Made by a program: the position numbers and the translations under genes | Notes under the pieces: generated by a model | Seen by the model: the letters and a program-made list of their open reading frames with translations, nothing else | What the model was told of the DNA's origin: nothing | The model's database searches: none | DNA from: Raillietiella orientalis | Lineage: Eukaryota | Assembly: GCA_036172245.1 (NCBI GenBank) | Contig: JAYWIR010000046.1 | Location: forward strand, 1,116,001-1,180,000 | DNA: 64,000 bases | Direction of reading: 5' to 3' | In this document: positions 62,601 to 64,000 of the stretch, one piece after another | How positions within the stretch are numbered: the stretch's first letter is position 1 | Layout: every line of letters starts with the position of its first letter

Positions 62601-64000
62601 TATGTACTAAAAAATCGTGGTAAATCACTGATTAACTTAACCAGTAAAATTTTGGAATCTCTTACAACTAATTGCATTCTGATGAGATTTCAAATGGGTA
62701 ATTCTTTTCAGAAAATGGTTCTTCGTATAAAGAAGAAAGAGGAGCTTGGGTTTTAGCAGGAATAAGAAAAACGTTTACGACTTCCTGCATAATGAAAACT
62801 CATGATTTAGTCTTACATCTACCAGAAAAAAGTAAATTTCTATAAATTTGCTAGAATGTACATCATTTGACTTCTACCTCAGCATGAACGACTGCCTTCA
62901 TTGATCTCCGGTAGCTAAGTAGCTTAACTTCGAGTTCTCAATGATCAAGAAAGAGTCTCCTTTTCACTTCCAGATAAGAGTGAAGAGTAATAAGTCTTTT
63001 TGTTTCCAACTGCTCTTTGAATAGAAAATAAAACTACGAACACAAAAAGAAATGAACATCAATTAACTAGGAGGAAATATCAAATGAAATTTTGCAGATT
63101 TTAATAGGAAGATCAGATAATTTGCCTGGTTTCATGTGATGTTTCATTTCAGTCTTTTAGGAATGTTCGTTCAAATGTTCTTTCAACTATTTTCTCAGTG
63201 AACATGAATAACTGAAAATCCACTGAGATTCATGTTTTTGAACAAGCTTGAATTATTCCTACTTAGGCAAGAGCAGGCTGGCTTGTCTTTCTTTAAATGC
63301 TTTGATTTTCATTCGACTGTGAGTTAAAGATAACTTACAGTTAAAGATCGTTGCTTGTTGGGATGAAAAGAAATGGAATCTATGGAAAAAAAATTCAGGG
63401 AGCACATTTCTTTATATCTAATTAGGAAAAACACACTATCCGTAATTATAGAAGATACATGTATCGACATGAACAACATGGATGAATGAGGAAATTTGCA
63501 TTCATTGAAAGCTTCCGTTTGGGGAATTGTACCTCAATTAGCAATCGGAATCAGATGGATTGACTGAGAATGAGAGCATATTAACAAATAATGAACAAAC
63601 AATAGGAACTGTGACATCAGCGGAGAAGGGAACCTCCAAAGATAAAATGATTCGAAGAAACCGTATTCGAATAGAATCCATCAATGAAAAAGACTGCTTT
63701 TATTTGACTAATTTCCTCTAGAGATTGCAACTGTTATTGAGTATCAGCTGTCTCTTTGTGTGTCTAAGATCAGTGCTTCTGCCTTGTGCTTCAATTGCAT
63801 GGTCATTTATTAAAGAAAGGGAGTCTAAATGCTAGCATATCTTTGACATAAATTGCTTGTGTCCCTGAAAAGCTTTTACAAGCGTGTGAGTGTACTAAGA
63901 AACGTAATTTCTTGGTGGGACCATTTATAGATTTCTCTGATATGATCACCTCTTCAGTTGAGTTGTGTTCACATTCATGAGACCAACTGCTGACTGAGGA

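Noticed and set aside
1..64000. rRNA, tRNA, CRISPR array, telomeric or satellite array
   Set aside because: No conserved rRNA segments, cloverleafs, regularly spaced repeats or long tandem arrays were seen by eye.

Overview
Eukaryotic, probably invertebrate animal, genomic DNA. I can support no intact protein-coding gene, RNA gene or prokaryotic feature. Read by hand in all six frames, almost the whole window is a graveyard of heavily decayed non-LTR retrotransposons (L1/Tx1-like and CR1/L2-like ORF2 remnants, recognised from degenerate endonuclease, reverse transcriptase and C-terminal Cys/His motifs in the expected order), plus one 3' mariner fragment. The striking feature is a ~36 kb GC-rich domain at about 10.8-46.8 kb. 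Hand-counted 60-mers give 43-77% GC inside it versus about 25-43% in typical flank sequence. It looks like a foreign or viral insert but carries the same LINE clades as the AT-rich flanks. Its right edge cuts through one continuous CR1/L2-type ORF2 fossil, and conserved motifs inside it often show replacement by residues with GC-rich codons. This points to strong, local, in-situ AT-to-GC substitution of host DNA (GC-biased gene conversion or an unknown domain-scale mutational process). The many overlapping Arg/Pro/Ala/Gly-rich ORFs there reflect stop-codon scarcity. Several perfect short palindromes sit inside otherwise decayed sequence. All element boundaries are approximate (a few hundred bp), and clade calls come from motif recognition by eye, not from database searches.
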